Virus record (IMG/VR): IMGVR_UViG_3300042260_000483
Coordinates: 1 to 64,000 of that record
From: a virus
Strand: one strand, 5' to 3'
DNA: 64,000 nucleotides
In this document: in pieces, positions 47,045 through 57,233 of the stretch
Layout: each line of letters starts with the position of its first letter
Numbering within the stretch: position 1 is the first letter of the stretch
The notes under the pieces: model-generated
Databases searched by the model: none
What the model was told of the DNA's origin: nothing
Seen by the model: the letters and a program-made list of their open reading frames with translations, nothing else
Position numbers and translations under genes: made by a program

Positions 47045-47761
47045 TTAGTTAGGAAATACACCTTTTTTAATTAATCTACTTACAATGCGTGCAGATGCAG
47101 TTTCTAATGCTTTACGAGTAGTTACTCCGATTGCAGATTGTCTAAATTTAATTTCTTCAACATCTAACCCCAATAATCCTTCTTGAGTTTTGACTGTATT
47201 TGCTTCACCTAATCCAGAACCTACGAAATAAGTTCCATCAATTGCATTAGTGAAACGAACCTGAAGACCTAAACGAGTTGTTTGAGTTTGTTTAGAACCT
47301 TCCTTTAAAGAAAGAACTTCATCCTCTGATACTGAAAAATCATAAATTTCAATTGTGACAAAATAATTTGCTAATTTGATTTTACCAAACCCATAAACCT
47401 CATTTTCGGATACACCTTTCTTAGATGCTTTCCATTGGTCTTTCATTCTGTTTTTAATTTCAGATTTTTCTTCTACGAATTGAAATCTGTTAGTATATTC
47501 TAAATACTCAATTACCATATTAGTTACACCTAATCCAATTCTAGCATCTTTTAAATCTGGCCACATTTGATATACTTCATCTGTTGCGGAAATGTTTAAG
47601 AGAGCAATTGGGATTGGTTTACCATCATAATCCGAAACATCTTCAATTGATTGTTTCTTCTCAAACTCTGATTGATATTTTTCTGCTTTAATAGTCCCAA
47701 TCTGTGCAAATGTGATTTGAGTAAATAGTATGCATACTATTACTAATATAAGTTTTTTCAT
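47045..47761 (-). CDS. CsgG/FlgT/TolB-N-like exported protein
   Basis: signal peptide; IGLGVTNMV..L..TNRFQFVE, LQVRF...G, AIG...RKALETA. Confidence 0.75.
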   Translation of the reverse strand: MKKLILVIVCILFTQITFAQIGTIKAEKYQSEFEKKQSIEDVSDYDGKPIPIALLNISATDEVYQMWPDLKDARIGLGVTNMVIEYLEYTNRFQFVEEKSEIKNRMKDQWKASKKGVSENEVYGFGKIKLANYFVTIEIYDFSVSEDEVLSLKEGSKQTQTTRLGLQVRFTNAIDGTYFVGSGLGEANTVKTQEGLLGLDVEEIKFRQSAIGVTTRKALETASARIVSRLIKKGVFPN

Positions 47762-47777
47762 GTAGTATCCTTTATTC

Positions 47778-48008
47778 TTAACTATGTGTATCTTTTATAT
47801 CTTTAGGAAGTTTCCAACCTTTTTTATTAGCAACATATGAATACCAACCAGCCAATCCAAAAAATTGAACTAACCATATAATTGGTAACCAATATATAGT
47901 TCTCATTTGTTCTTCTAAAATAATAAAAAACCCATTTAGATATATTATCATTAACAAGAAAGCCAACCATTGCTGGTTGTCTTTCCAATATTGTAGTAAC
48001 GTTTTCAT
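47778..48008 (-). CDS. two-TM membrane protein (holin candidate)
   Basis: two hydrophobic helices, basic tail, near the endolysin. Confidence 0.5.
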   Translation of the reverse strand: MKTLLQYWKDNQQWLAFLLMIIYLNGFFIILEEQMRTIYWLPIIWLVQFFGLAGWYSYVANKKGWKLPKDIKDTHS

Positions 48009-48013
48009 ATTAA

Positions 48014-48271
48014 TTATCCTAATTCTTCTTCATTAGAATCGGATTCTTTTTTACCACCAAAAACTTTACCAGCCTCAGCGATACCAAATGAACCTAATGT
48101 GATTATTACAAATGAATTGAAAATAGTATCACTAATTTCCAATGTCTGTCCCATAATACCCGTTACTATATCTGCAGCTGCAAATACTACCATTACTGCG
48201 AATGATGCGAATCCAACGATTGATTTTTCGTTATATTCATTGTTGTCTTTAAAAATGTCTTTAAATGCCAT
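48014..48271 (-). CDS. two-TM membrane protein (holin candidate)
   Basis: NEKSIVGFASF..ITLGSFGI; start adjusted to MAFKD behind AAGGAG. Confidence 0.55.
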   Translation of the reverse strand: MAFKDIFKDNNEYNEKSIVGFASFAVMVVFAAADIVTGIMGQTLEISDTIFNSFVIITLGSFGIAEAGKVFGGKKESDSNEEELG

Positions 48272-48345
48272 TATTTGTTTCTCCTTTTTTTGGTTTACCA
48301 TAACTCCTCTATGAAACAATTAATACAACCTTTATTTTTTATTTT

Positions 48346-48651
48346 CTACCACTCCTCATCTTCTTTTTCTTTTGGCTTTGGTTTTGCCTGTGGTTGTGGT
48401 TGTGAACCGCTAGATGCAGGAACTGCTTTTTCTTTGATAATCACTGTCTTTCCAGCAGATTGTTGTTGTGTTTGATTTTGTGTAATGTTAATTACCGGTG
48501 CTGCTTGTTGTACCGGAGCTGGTTCTGCATCACCTTCGCCTGTTAATTTGTTAGTGATAAACCCACCTACACCTAATGTAATTGTGCTTACTAATCCAAT
48601 TAAAATACTTTTAATTGATGTTCCTGCTGATTCTTCTTTTTCTTCTGCCAT
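48346..48651 (-). CDS. single-TM protein with P/Q/K-rich tail
   Basis: ORF track; AAGGAG upstream. Confidence 0.7.
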   Translation of the reverse strand: MAEEKEESAGTSIKSILIGLVSTITLGVGGFITNKLTGEGDAEPAPVQQAAPVINITQNQTQQQSAGKTVIIKEKAVPASSGSQPQPQAKPKPKEKEDEEW

Positions 48652-48664
48652 TTTGATTTTCTCC

Positions 48665-49519
48665 TTATGCTAATAAATGATAATATTCTTTGAAATGTTT
48701 AATTCTATCTGGTAAACCAATTGTTCCACCATTTACTCTTTTTGTGATTTTAGTTACAACTACATCACTTGCACCTTCATCTGCAATCTTATGTAATCCG
48801 TTCTTAGAAAAGAACCATGCTGCTGATGCTAATGCATATTTAGAGGCTACTAAATCTGGGTTGTTTGGAATATCTACACCGATTGATTTACCGAATGCAG
48901 TATAGTTTTCTTTGCCTGTCAATTGGATATATCCCCTACCTCTGAATTTGTATCCATCTCCACTTGCTTCCGAACCATTTGCCATACGATTTGCATAAAC
49001 TTTGTTTGCAATCTTTTGTGGATTTCGTTGATATGCATTTGCAATTGCATCAGTTGGGAAATATTTTTTAAAGATACCTCTCAATCCCTTTGCCGAATAA
49101 TTTAGATTTTCAGATGTTACTTTGAATCCACCACTCTCATGTCCACATTGTGCTAAAAAATGTGCAACTCTTAATGGAGTATTGATTCCAAACTTAATTG
49201 CAACTTCTGGAATTGAATCTATTACTATTTGAGGAACGTGTCCTTTAAGTTTATCCAATTTCAATCCTGCAACTTGCGGGGTTGGAGTTGATACTACGGG
49301 TTGTGGAGTTGCTACGATTGGTTGCGGTGTAGGAGTTGTTCCCATAATCTTACCCCACGTCCCATCACCTACAATACCATCTGCAGTTAATCCATTTTTC
49401 TTTTGAAATGCTTTTACAGCTTCTTCGGTTTTTGGTCCGAAATTACCTACTGGTTCTAATCCGAGTTTTGTTTGTAATAATTTTACATTCTCGTTATTAT
49501 CTCCTTTTTTTAGTAACAT
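48665..49519 (-). CDS. endolysin: peptidoglycan-binding domain + GH19 catalytic domain
   Basis: T..AVKAFQ..NGLTADGIVG; AHFLAQCGHESGG, ENLNYS, FRGRGYIQLTG, ITKRVNGG. Confidence 0.9.
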   Translation of the reverse strand: MLLKKGDNNENVKLLQTKLGLEPVGNFGPKTEEAVKAFQKKNGLTADGIVGDGTWGKIMGTTPTPQPIVATPQPVVSTPTPQVAGLKLDKLKGHVPQIVIDSIPEVAIKFGINTPLRVAHFLAQCGHESGGFKVTSENLNYSAKGLRGIFKKYFPTDAIANAYQRNPQKIANKVYANRMANGSEASGDGYKFRGRGYIQLTGKENYTAFGKSIGVDIPNNPDLVASKYALASAAWFFSKNGLHKIADEGASDVVVTKITKRVNGGTIGLPDRIKHFKEYYHLLA

Positions 49520-49542
49520 AATTTTATTCCTTCATTTTTAAA

Positions 49543-49911
49543 TTATAGTTTGTTAAAATCCGTAACCCCTAATTGTTTACCACTTGCATCGAATAATCCA
49601 ATTCTATATGCAGATGATGGTAATGCAGTTGTATATACTTTAAGCACATTATCTCCTGCTACTACATTCATAGTTTCTTTAGATACTACTCTGTTAGCAA
49701 TATCAAATATTTTTATTGTTACCGAACCTGCCGTTTCAGTTTTCACATTCATTGCAACTTCAGAAGTTACAAATGGTGTTTGTAATTTAATACCTACTGA
49801 ACTTGTCATTTTAAGTTCTTCGGATGCAGATTCCGGCATTGGTATGAAATCTTCTTTACTACATCCTACTAATAAAGTAGTAAATAATACTAATATAAAT
49901 ATTTTTTTCAT
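49543..49911 (-). CDS. lipoprotein with T9SS-CTD/FlgD-like Ig fold
   Basis: lipobox LLVGC; VTIKIFDIANRVV...LPSSAYRI. Confidence 0.6.
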   Translation of the reverse strand: MKKIFILVLFTTLLVGCSKEDFIPMPESASEELKMTSSVGIKLQTPFVTSEVAMNVKTETAGSVTIKIFDIANRVVSKETMNVVAGDNVLKVYTTALPSSAYRIGLFDASGKQLGVTDFNKL

Positions 49912-49919
49912 CGGTTCTC

Positions 49920-50264
49920 CTAATTGATTATTATCGTTGTTTTACTTATTTCTTTTTTAGTAACATCTTCCAATAACAAATATAAGTATTTAACCGAAAT
50001 TGATTTAGTGTATATTTTCTTTACATTTTCACCATATTGACCTGTGAATTTTTCTCTACTTATCACTTGTCCACTTTCTTTATCAATTAAAGTTAGATAA
50101 TATACTCCTGCAGTGGGTAAATCAAAGTGTATAGATTGACCATTTGAAACATTACTTTCAGTTACACTAAATATATCATCTTTAGCCATAACTTCTGGAA
50201 ATGGTATTTCTGGTTTACTACAACCCCACATTAAAATTATACATATAAATAGTATTTTTTTCAT
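49920..50264 (-). CDS. lipoprotein with Ig-like fold
   Basis: lipobox MWGC; GVYYLTLID..GQVI. Confidence 0.6.
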   Translation of the reverse strand: MKKILFICIILMWGCSKPEIPFPEVMAKDDIFSVTESNVSNGQSIHFDLPTAGVYYLTLIDKESGQVISREKFTGQYGENVKKIYTKSISVKYLYLLLEDVTKKEISKTTIIIN

Positions 50265-52552
50265 TAGTTTACCTTTATTTTTAATTGTGTTCCACTTTTA
50301 TTAACTGCATCTGTTGCTGATATTGATGATAATCCCAATACACTACCCAATCCTATTTTTGGTAAAAATGTTATTTTATATTCTGTTGTCTTATCTAATA
50401 AAGTTGAACCATCGGTAATCAACGAACCTAAAGTTATATAATCACCTTTATCAGTTCCAAAATTTGTAGGATTACCTTTTGTAGTGAATTCTATTTTTTG
50501 GAATTCCAATGAAGTATTATCATAGTTTAACTTAAATTGTGTTCCAACTAATTCTTGTTGTAATGGGTCTATTGATATGGTGACAACCAATTTACCACCA
50601 ACGTTTTCACCCATAAGTGATGCGTTAATTTGATTAGAAACTGAATTTACACTTAAACTCATCGTTTTCAAACTATTAGTTGAAATGACAGATGTAGTTT
50701 GTTGTGCTGAATGGGATAGATTTACATCACCTAACCAAGTTACATTCATATTATAGGTGTTATTCATTCCACTCAATGTGAATGGGAATAAATTACGAGT
50801 TGAATTAAATTGAGTATTCCAATTAGATTTTGTAATAGCATCATAATCTGATTTACTATACAATTTCATCAAATAAGTTAATGCAGAATATTGTGTGAGA
50901 GGTTGAACACCTGTTAAATGTTGAAGAAGTTTATATGTGTCCGATTCATCAAACACACCATTACCATCCACATCTGCGTTCATATATTGTAGACCAGATG
51001 TAAATTCTAATCCACTTTGGTTTCCAAATAACCCACCATTTGCTAATTCCTTAAATGCAATGTAAACATCAGATACACCTACGATATTACTATATAATGT
51101 ATTTAATTCTGTTTGTGAATTTGGAATCAATTCGATACCATGTGGTTTATATGATTCAATTGGTGAAAATGTAAATTCTGCTCTTAATCCATATGCACCA
51201 TTACCTGACCTAATAAACGATGCAAATGATGAACCACTAAAATTAAATTGAGTTGAAGTATAAACATAAACTTCTGTCCAACCATTTGGGTCATATGAAT
51301 TAAATGTTACAGGTCCGTTCCATAAATCAAATAATTGTAAACTACTAATCGTAGATGGATTTGATAAAATCCCATTTACTTCCCTACTATCAATTCCGAT
51401 TCGATATCTTTGATTAATTACATCATAATCATAAATTACACACCATTCCACTCCACCGGTTGTAGTTGTTGCTCTTACTCCACCATTTGATATTTTAGCA
51501 GTATCTAATAAACTTGTCAAATCTACTTTACCTAATCCACTCAATTGTTTAGCAGTTCCATTTACTATATTCCAATTATTGTTAGTGTAGGTGTATCCTT
51601 TTGCTGAAAATTTAGTTTCATCTACATTACCACCGAAATCAATATTGAATTTTGCAGATAAAACTTCTCCATTTGAATGAGATACACTATTGGTATAAAA
51701 TTCCGTAAATGTTGCATCATCTGGATTAGACCAAGTTCCGAATTCAACTACATATGCACAACTAAAATTATTTGGTAAATCATTCCATTGAGACCCACCT
51801 CCCCATTTTGTTACTGCATAATCTTCATTACCACTATTATTTGGCTCACCACCTGCCCAATTATTATATTGACCTACTATATTTCCACTAAGTTGTCCGT
51901 TTGAGGTTTTTATTAAAGTTCCTGCTTCAGGACCTGCATCAATTCTCCATTGACCTTCGGTTAATTCATCAGTTAATGCAAACCAAATACTAGCTTGTGG
52001 GACGTTTGCATATATAAAAGCATCTTCCGAAGCAGATGTTATTGTTACCAAATATCCTTGCTGACCTTTGAATGTTTGTTGTGATGATAATAACTTTGCA
52101 TTAGAATAAGTTGCTCCACTTGATATTGGTCTATAAAAGTGTCCATTAACACCATTGTAAAAATAACCAACAGGGTTTACAGTTGCTGCTATGGATAATT
52201 GAACACTTCCTACTACCGAACCCGTATTTATCTTTAAAGATGATAATGCAGTGTTGATATTATCCATCGTACCAGATACCACTAAACGAGTTTTATTGCC
52301 ATTTAAGGTAAATCCACTTGCTGCAGTTAAACCTGTTGTTGTATTTAATACGAATGTTGTACCTGAAGGTGGATTTACTAAACTGATTGATGCTAATAAA
52401 GTTGATGTTGAACTAAACCCACTCAATACGAATCCACTTGCATCTTGTCCATTAGTGGATTGTGTAAATGATTTAGAGTCCGGAGCAGATACACTCTGTC
52501 CGAACCCTAAAAATGATGTTAATAATAATAATGTAACTAATATTTTTTTCAT
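50264..52552 (-). CDS. exported protein: C-type lectin + dockerin-like + C-terminal cohesin-like domains
   Basis: signal peptide FG|Q; GYLVTITSASE..YNNWAGGEPNN..WNDL; ADVDGNGVFDESDTYKLLQ; GTQFKLNYD. Confidence 0.7.
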   Translation of the reverse strand: MKKILVTLLLLTSFLGFGQSVSAPDSKSFTQSTNGQDASGFVLSGFSSTSTLLASISLVNPPSGTTFVLNTTTGLTAASGFTLNGNKTRLVVSGTMDNINTALSSLKINTGSVVGSVQLSIAATVNPVGYFYNGVNGHFYRPISSGATYSNAKLLSSQQTFKGQQGYLVTITSASEDAFIYANVPQASIWFALTDELTEGQWRIDAGPEAGTLIKTSNGQLSGNIVGQYNNWAGGEPNNSGNEDYAVTKWGGGSQWNDLPNNFSCAYVVEFGTWSNPDDATFTEFYTNSVSHSNGEVLSAKFNIDFGGNVDETKFSAKGYTYTNNNWNIVNGTAKQLSGLGKVDLTSLLDTAKISNGGVRATTTTGGVEWCVIYDYDVINQRYRIGIDSREVNGILSNPSTISSLQLFDLWNGPVTFNSYDPNGWTEVYVYTSTQFNFSGSSFASFIRSGNGAYGLRAEFTFSPIESYKPHGIELIPNSQTELNTLYSNIVGVSDVYIAFKELANGGLFGNQSGLEFTSGLQYMNADVDGNGVFDESDTYKLLQHLTGVQPLTQYSALTYLMKLYSKSDYDAITKSNWNTQFNSTRNLFPFTLSGMNNTYNMNVTWLGDVNLSHSAQQTTSVISTNSLKTMSLSVNSVSNQINASLMGENVGGKLVVTISIDPLQQELVGTQFKLNYDNTSLEFQKIEFTTKGNPTNFGTDKGDYITLGSLITDGSTLLDKTTEYKITFLPKIGLGSVLGLSSISATDAVNKSGTQLKIKVN

Positions 52553-52555
52553 ATC

Positions 52556-54208
52556 TTATTCAACTATTAAGTCAATTTTGTTACCCTTTGAATCTACTGC
52601 ATCTGAAAGAACGAAGTAGAATAATCCTGCAGTATTTGTTAAAGGTGTTTTTGGTGTAAAAATCAATTTGTAAGGAGTCCCTACTTTAATTCTTGCAGTT
52701 TTTAATTGGTCAATAGAACCAAACGTTAATCTACCATTTTCATGTGTAGAGAAATTAGTGATGGTATTACCTGTATCAAATATTACATTATCCAATGTTA
52801 ATTTAGATTCATCATAATTCATTACGACTTGTAAACCTGCTAATTCTGTTTTTGTTAATTTAGTAGTTAATACAACTTTACCACCTTCCAATGTAGATGA
52901 TATACCCAATGTTGCTTTTTCAACTGCTAAAGTTTGATAAGCCATTGTTGTATTACTCATTGATTTGATTGAGTTTACTTGTTTACTACTCACTGCGTTT
53001 GTATATTGTCCAGCACTTATTTTAGTTGCTATTACTGATGGGTCTGATGAATGTGACCAGTTCAAATCACCACCCCAAGCAAATACTGCATAAACTTCTT
53101 TAATTGGAGTATCAATCAATACTCTGTTTTTAACAATACCATCTAACCAATTTTGATTCAATAAACCACTATACCATCTTACTGATGTTGAAGTGTTAGT
53201 AGGAATCATTGCAGTTGATGATACATCTTGTCCCATTATGTGTGCAAATAAAGCGTAAGAATCACCTTCACCGAATGCGTTATTATTAGTAGTTACTTTA
53301 CCAATTTTCTTTTCCAATGTAGGTAAAGTAAAGTAGTTTCCAGTTCCACTAATATCAGTTTGTGAATGACCTAAGAATGCTTTGTATGCATCCGATACGG
53401 TTACAATATCATTCATCCATGCTTTTTGGAATGCCGGTCCAACAAATACACCAACTGAATCTCCTACTTTAACTTGAGTTGTGAATAGTGCCTCACCACT
53501 ACCATCCAATGGTAATTGTGCAATAGGTTGTTGAGACCAATCAATAGTGCCACTGCCATCTGATTTTAATCTCATCAATTGAACGTTATGATCTGTGATG
53601 TTATATCCTTGTGGAAATAAAACTTTTACTTTGAATTGAGATGTATTACCCGTTACGTTATTTAAAGATGATGAACCACCGCCATAAATAGTTCCCACAT
53701 TCGAACCATCAATATCAGTACCAGTTGCTAAATCTAATTTGAAAATATTGTTGTAAGTATTTTGGTCTTTTAGAATGTATTTTTGAGTAGCAATCAATCC
53801 ACTAATAGATGCATCTGCACGTTGAATAGTCAATTGACCAACATTCCAATCTACATTTGATTGATAATTCCACGGAGTTAACCCATACTGAACGTTCAAA
53901 TCATTATCACTTGCACCACCATTGAATATAAACTTATAGTTATTCCAACCAGTATAGAAAGTTTGAGTAGATGAACCCTGATTAAATGTAGTTGAAACAT
54001 ATGTCAACGCTTTGTTGTTATATTGATATCTAAACCAAAGATAACGTGGATTCTTAATCACTTGTCCTTTTGATAATGTATATTTGACAGTGATGGTATC
54101 TCCAACTTTTAACCCAGTTGCAGGTGTTAAGGACTGACTAATAGTTAGTTGTCCAAATGATGTAAGTGATATTAAAAATATCCCCAAAAATGTTAATAGT
54201 TTTTTCAT
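52556..54208 (-). CDS. exported protein: cohesin-like + degenerate dockerin + cohesin-like
   Basis: signal peptide FG|Q; KVGDTITV..FRYQYNNKAL; VTVSDAY, GGDLNWS; AGLQVVMNYD. Confidence 0.65.
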   Translation of the reverse strand: MKKLLTFLGIFLISLTSFGQLTISQSLTPATGLKVGDTITVKYTLSKGQVIKNPRYLWFRYQYNNKALTYVSTTFNQGSSTQTFYTGWNNYKFIFNGGASDNDLNVQYGLTPWNYQSNVDWNVGQLTIQRADASISGLIATQKYILKDQNTYNNIFKLDLATGTDIDGSNVGTIYGGGSSSLNNVTGNTSQFKVKVLFPQGYNITDHNVQLMRLKSDGSGTIDWSQQPIAQLPLDGSGEALFTTQVKVGDSVGVFVGPAFQKAWMNDIVTVSDAYKAFLGHSQTDISGTGNYFTLPTLEKKIGKVTTNNNAFGEGDSYALFAHIMGQDVSSTAMIPTNTSTSVRWYSGLLNQNWLDGIVKNRVLIDTPIKEVYAVFAWGGDLNWSHSSDPSVIATKISAGQYTNAVSSKQVNSIKSMSNTTMAYQTLAVEKATLGISSTLEGGKVVLTTKLTKTELAGLQVVMNYDESKLTLDNVIFDTGNTITNFSTHENGRLTFGSIDQLKTARIKVGTPYKLIFTPKTPLTNTAGLFYFVLSDAVDSKGNKIDLIVE

Positions 54209-54705
54209 TTTGTTAAATCCTTTACTATGCTTTCACATACTTTTTTAAGTGCTATACTTGCGGTTTGTTGATTAAACGAACCATCTTCTGCAACCACCAA
54301 AGTAGAAGTTGAAATTTCTTTACTTTGACCTTTCTGTATTGTCTTTTTTACAACTTTACCATTTCTTCGTAATTCACCAATAGCAATGATTTCAGTCAAA
54401 GACACATCATTGTGATAAATACCGATATTTTGACCGATATTTTTTACATCAAAAAATACTAAACGGATTGTTATTTCTTCCTCCGCATCGGGAGTTAATT
54501 GATAATCTAAATCTTGAAATAATTCTTCTAAGATATTCTTTACACCCACTGCCATATTTCTTTGGCCAGCAAATGGTCCTAATCGAATTTCATTAGTTAT
54601 TTCACCGATTTTAATTTTTTTGTCTTCTTGAGATGAATCTGATACAAATACTAATATTGTGCAGATACAAAAAATCTTAATTAAATTTAATAGACCGTAT
54701 TTCAC
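54205..54705 (-). CDS. exported CsgG/TolB-N-like small protein
   Basis: hydrophobic N-terminus; GVKNILEE..FNQQTASIALKKVCESIV; AGGAGG before the GTG start. Confidence 0.5.
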   Translation of the reverse strand: MKYGLLNLIKIFCICTILVFVSDSSQEDKKIKIGEITNEIRLGPFAGQRNMAVGVKNILEELFQDLDYQLTPDAEEEITIRLVFFDVKNIGQNIGIYHNDVSLTEIIAIGELRRNGKVVKKTIQKGQSKEISTSTLVVAEDGSFNQQTASIALKKVCESIVKDLTK

Positions 54706-54811
54706 GTTACCTCCTGGTTTGGATTTAGGTAACCTTAATTTATGAAACTGATTTGTATAACATTTAAAATTTGTAAATATAAATACGAGACTAAAAACAA
54801 AAAACTCACTA

Positions 54812-55705
54812 TTAAGTGAGTTTATTGTATTCTTCTGTTAATTTGGAGGTAGCAATTTTTTTAAATTCATCCTTTCGATTGTAAATACTCATATGATTTA
54901 TATAGTGTCCTTGATTTCGATATCGATAATTTTCACAAACAACTATGTTTTTTAACTTAAATTGTTTGACAGGATTATTATCCAATCTCGAGATTTTTTC
55001 AGAAGCCCACATAATGTAAGTATCATCTGCAGGACCATAATGACCAAAGGATTCTGGTATACCGATTCGATTTAATAATTTAGCACTAATACACGTAAAC
55101 CATCCTCCTGCGAATTTGTAAGTTGGTTGTTCTGGTATCGTATTTACAACCGATTCAACTGATACCTCGCCTTTAATTCCACTATCTTTATATGGATTAT
55201 TAGTTAGATGATAATTTAATGGTTTATCTAAAAATGATTCATTAACTAAACAATCCCACGTATCATCCCATAATTTTACAATTTCGGGAGTGATGATAGT
55301 ATAATCATATTCAGATAAAGCTGATAAACTACTTACCATATAAGGTAAAGTTCGTTCATCGAATACAATATCACTATCTAACCAAATAAAATAATCAGCA
55401 TCTTCATATCTTTCTAAGACATCTCTTTTATGTGAGATACATCCTTTAATTGTTTCACTTGCATTGAAAGTTTTACTACACCAATCCACATCAGTAGATA
55501 ATTTTAACAATTTATCTAAAAAATATGATTTTGGTAATGATGATTTTTTCCAATCAATCATATCATCTGCTATAGTCATTGCCACATCGATTGTAAAATC
55601 AATTTTAGAATCTAATAAGAGAGATGATTTTTTTAATTGCAAAAGAATTTGCTCTAAATCATCAATCTCATGTGGTAATATAAATGTTGATAAAACTATA
55701 TTCAT
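54812..55705 (-). CDS. GT-A fold glycosyltransferase
   Basis: FIWLDSDIVF, GGWFT, GHYGPADDT. Confidence 0.7.
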   Translation of the reverse strand: MNIVLSTFILPHEIDDLEQILLQLKKSSLLLDSKIDFTIDVAMTIADDMIDWKKSSLPKSYFLDKLLKLSTDVDWCSKTFNASETIKGCISHKRDVLERYEDADYFIWLDSDIVFDERTLPYMVSSLSALSEYDYTIITPEIVKLWDDTWDCLVNESFLDKPLNYHLTNNPYKDSGIKGEVSVESVVNTIPEQPTYKFAGGWFTCISAKLLNRIGIPESFGHYGPADDTYIMWASEKISRLDNNPVKQFKLKNIVVCENYRYRNQGHYINHMSIYNRKDEFKKIATSKLTEEYNKLT

Positions 55706-56514
55706 TTGTATTTTGTTTTTATTAAGTTTTTAAGTGTATCATCCCTATCATACTGATGCACGATTGTAAATAATTCACCATTTGAAGTTTTTATCAAATC
55801 ACCATCGATTGTAGCAAGTTCTTCACTACAAAGATGTTGTTTATCAAATCTAATTTTCAAATGTAATTGTGCAGCAAAACCTTCTTGTTGTTTTACAAAC
55901 TGAACCTTATCTTTGAATTGATGTAATCTCAATAATATATTATATGCTGCTTGGTCTGCTAATTGTCCTGGATTTGAAGTTGTTAATGACCATCTGTAAA
56001 TATCGATGAATAAATCTTTAATAGCATCTTTTTTACCAACAATCGTTCCTGCACAATAAATTTCTTCGTTCTTCAACCATTCCCATTCAATTGGAAATGA
56101 TGTTCCTGCATTAATATGTGCCCAACTATCGTGATCAAAAATCAATGATTCAGAAAAAGCAAGGATATCACCTTTCATATTCTTATCTAACCATTCAGTT
56201 GGATTTTTTTGAAATACAATATCTTTCACATCACACCATATAATAACATCAGTTTGTAAAGATTGTAATAAAACATACATATCTCTAAATCTCTGAACTA
56301 TTATATGTTGTTGTAATTCTGAACCATATAAACTCCATCCTTTACTTTTAAGATACTCAATCGTATCATTTGATATTTCATATACCAACATCAATTTCTC
56401 GCCGGTATATCCACTTTGTTCGATAGATTCTACAAATGGTTTTATATCTTCAATTCCGTATTTTGTTATACAACCTACTATTGTGTAATTCATTATTTTC
56501 CGTATTTTTTCCAA
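55702..56514 (-). CDS. GT-A fold nucleotide-sugar transferase
   Basis: WCDVKDIVFQKNP, CAGTIVG, DQAAYN, IVHQYDR. Confidence 0.7.
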   Translation of the reverse strand: MEKIRKIMNYTIVGCITKYGIEDIKPFVESIEQSGYTGEKLMLVYEISNDTIEYLKSKGWSLYGSELQQHIIVQRFRDMYVLLQSLQTDVIIWCDVKDIVFQKNPTEWLDKNMKGDILAFSESLIFDHDSWAHINAGTSFPIEWEWLKNEEIYCAGTIVGKKDAIKDLFIDIYRWSLTTSNPGQLADQAAYNILLRLHQFKDKVQFVKQQEGFAAQLHLKIRFDKQHLCSEELATIDGDLIKTSNGELFTIVHQYDRDDTLKNLIKTKYK

Positions 56515-57233
56515 TCGTTGTGTTTGAATAATCCTTCATTGTGTCCAACTTTGAAATCTTGTCTTGGCCACCAATATGCAATCTTTCTTTCCAAATCAAT
56601 ACCCTCACCCATAAATGGTTCGATTGCATCTAAATAAAATTGTTTTTTATATAAACAAGGATTGTTTGTCCAATTCCCATAACGAGATGTGGTGTAAAAC
56701 ATATCTTCACTTTTCTTAATTTGTTCTGGAAACTCAATATCAGGTTCACACCAATGAACTGAATCTAATAGATGTGGTGATGTAAGTTCGTGCCAATCAT
56801 CATAGTATTCTAATTCTCTACCTTTATATTGAAATGAAAAATGTGGATGACCGGGTTCTCTTCTATGTCTTAAACGAACTACATCCAATCCCATTTCTAA
56901 TGCCTGATAACTTTTCTGTAATCTTAAAAATGTAGTTTCTTCGTTTTCGATTAGATTCCAATCATGCTCTAAAATAAGAACATAATCTGTTTGTGCATTT
57001 TCAGTTAAACGTTTGAATGCTTTACCAATTCCAATATTTTTTTGTAAACCAATACAATCAATACCAAAATGTGATGCAATTTTAATATCCTCCTCCGTTA
57101 CTTCTTGAAAAAGAATAGTAACATCGTTTACCATATCGAATAACCCATTGTGGTAATATGTTGTCAGAGTGTCTACCAGAACTTGACCTGAATGCCATGC
57201 AAGTATTCCTACACTAATTGGTAGTTTTTTCAT
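56493..57233 (-). CDS. GT2-like glycosyltransferase
   Basis: NIGIG, YVLILEHDW, WTNNP. Confidence 0.65.
   Translation of the reverse strand: MKKLPISVGILAWHSGQVLVDTLTTYYHNGLFDMVNDVTILFQEVTEEDIKIASHFGIDCIGLQKNIGIGKAFKRLTENAQTDYVLILEHDWNLIENEETTFLRLQKSYQALEMGLDVVRLRHRREPGHPHFSFQYKGRELEYYDDWHELTSPHLLDSVHWCEPDIEFPEQIKKSEDMFYTTSRYGNWTNNPCLYKKQFYLDAIEPFMGEGIDLERKIAYWWPRQDFKVGHNEGLFKHNDWKKYGK

Noticed and set aside
50264-54208. Tail fibre or receptor-binding protein annotation
   Set aside because: Both proteins begin with clear Sec signal peptides, which cytoplasmically assembled tail fibres lack
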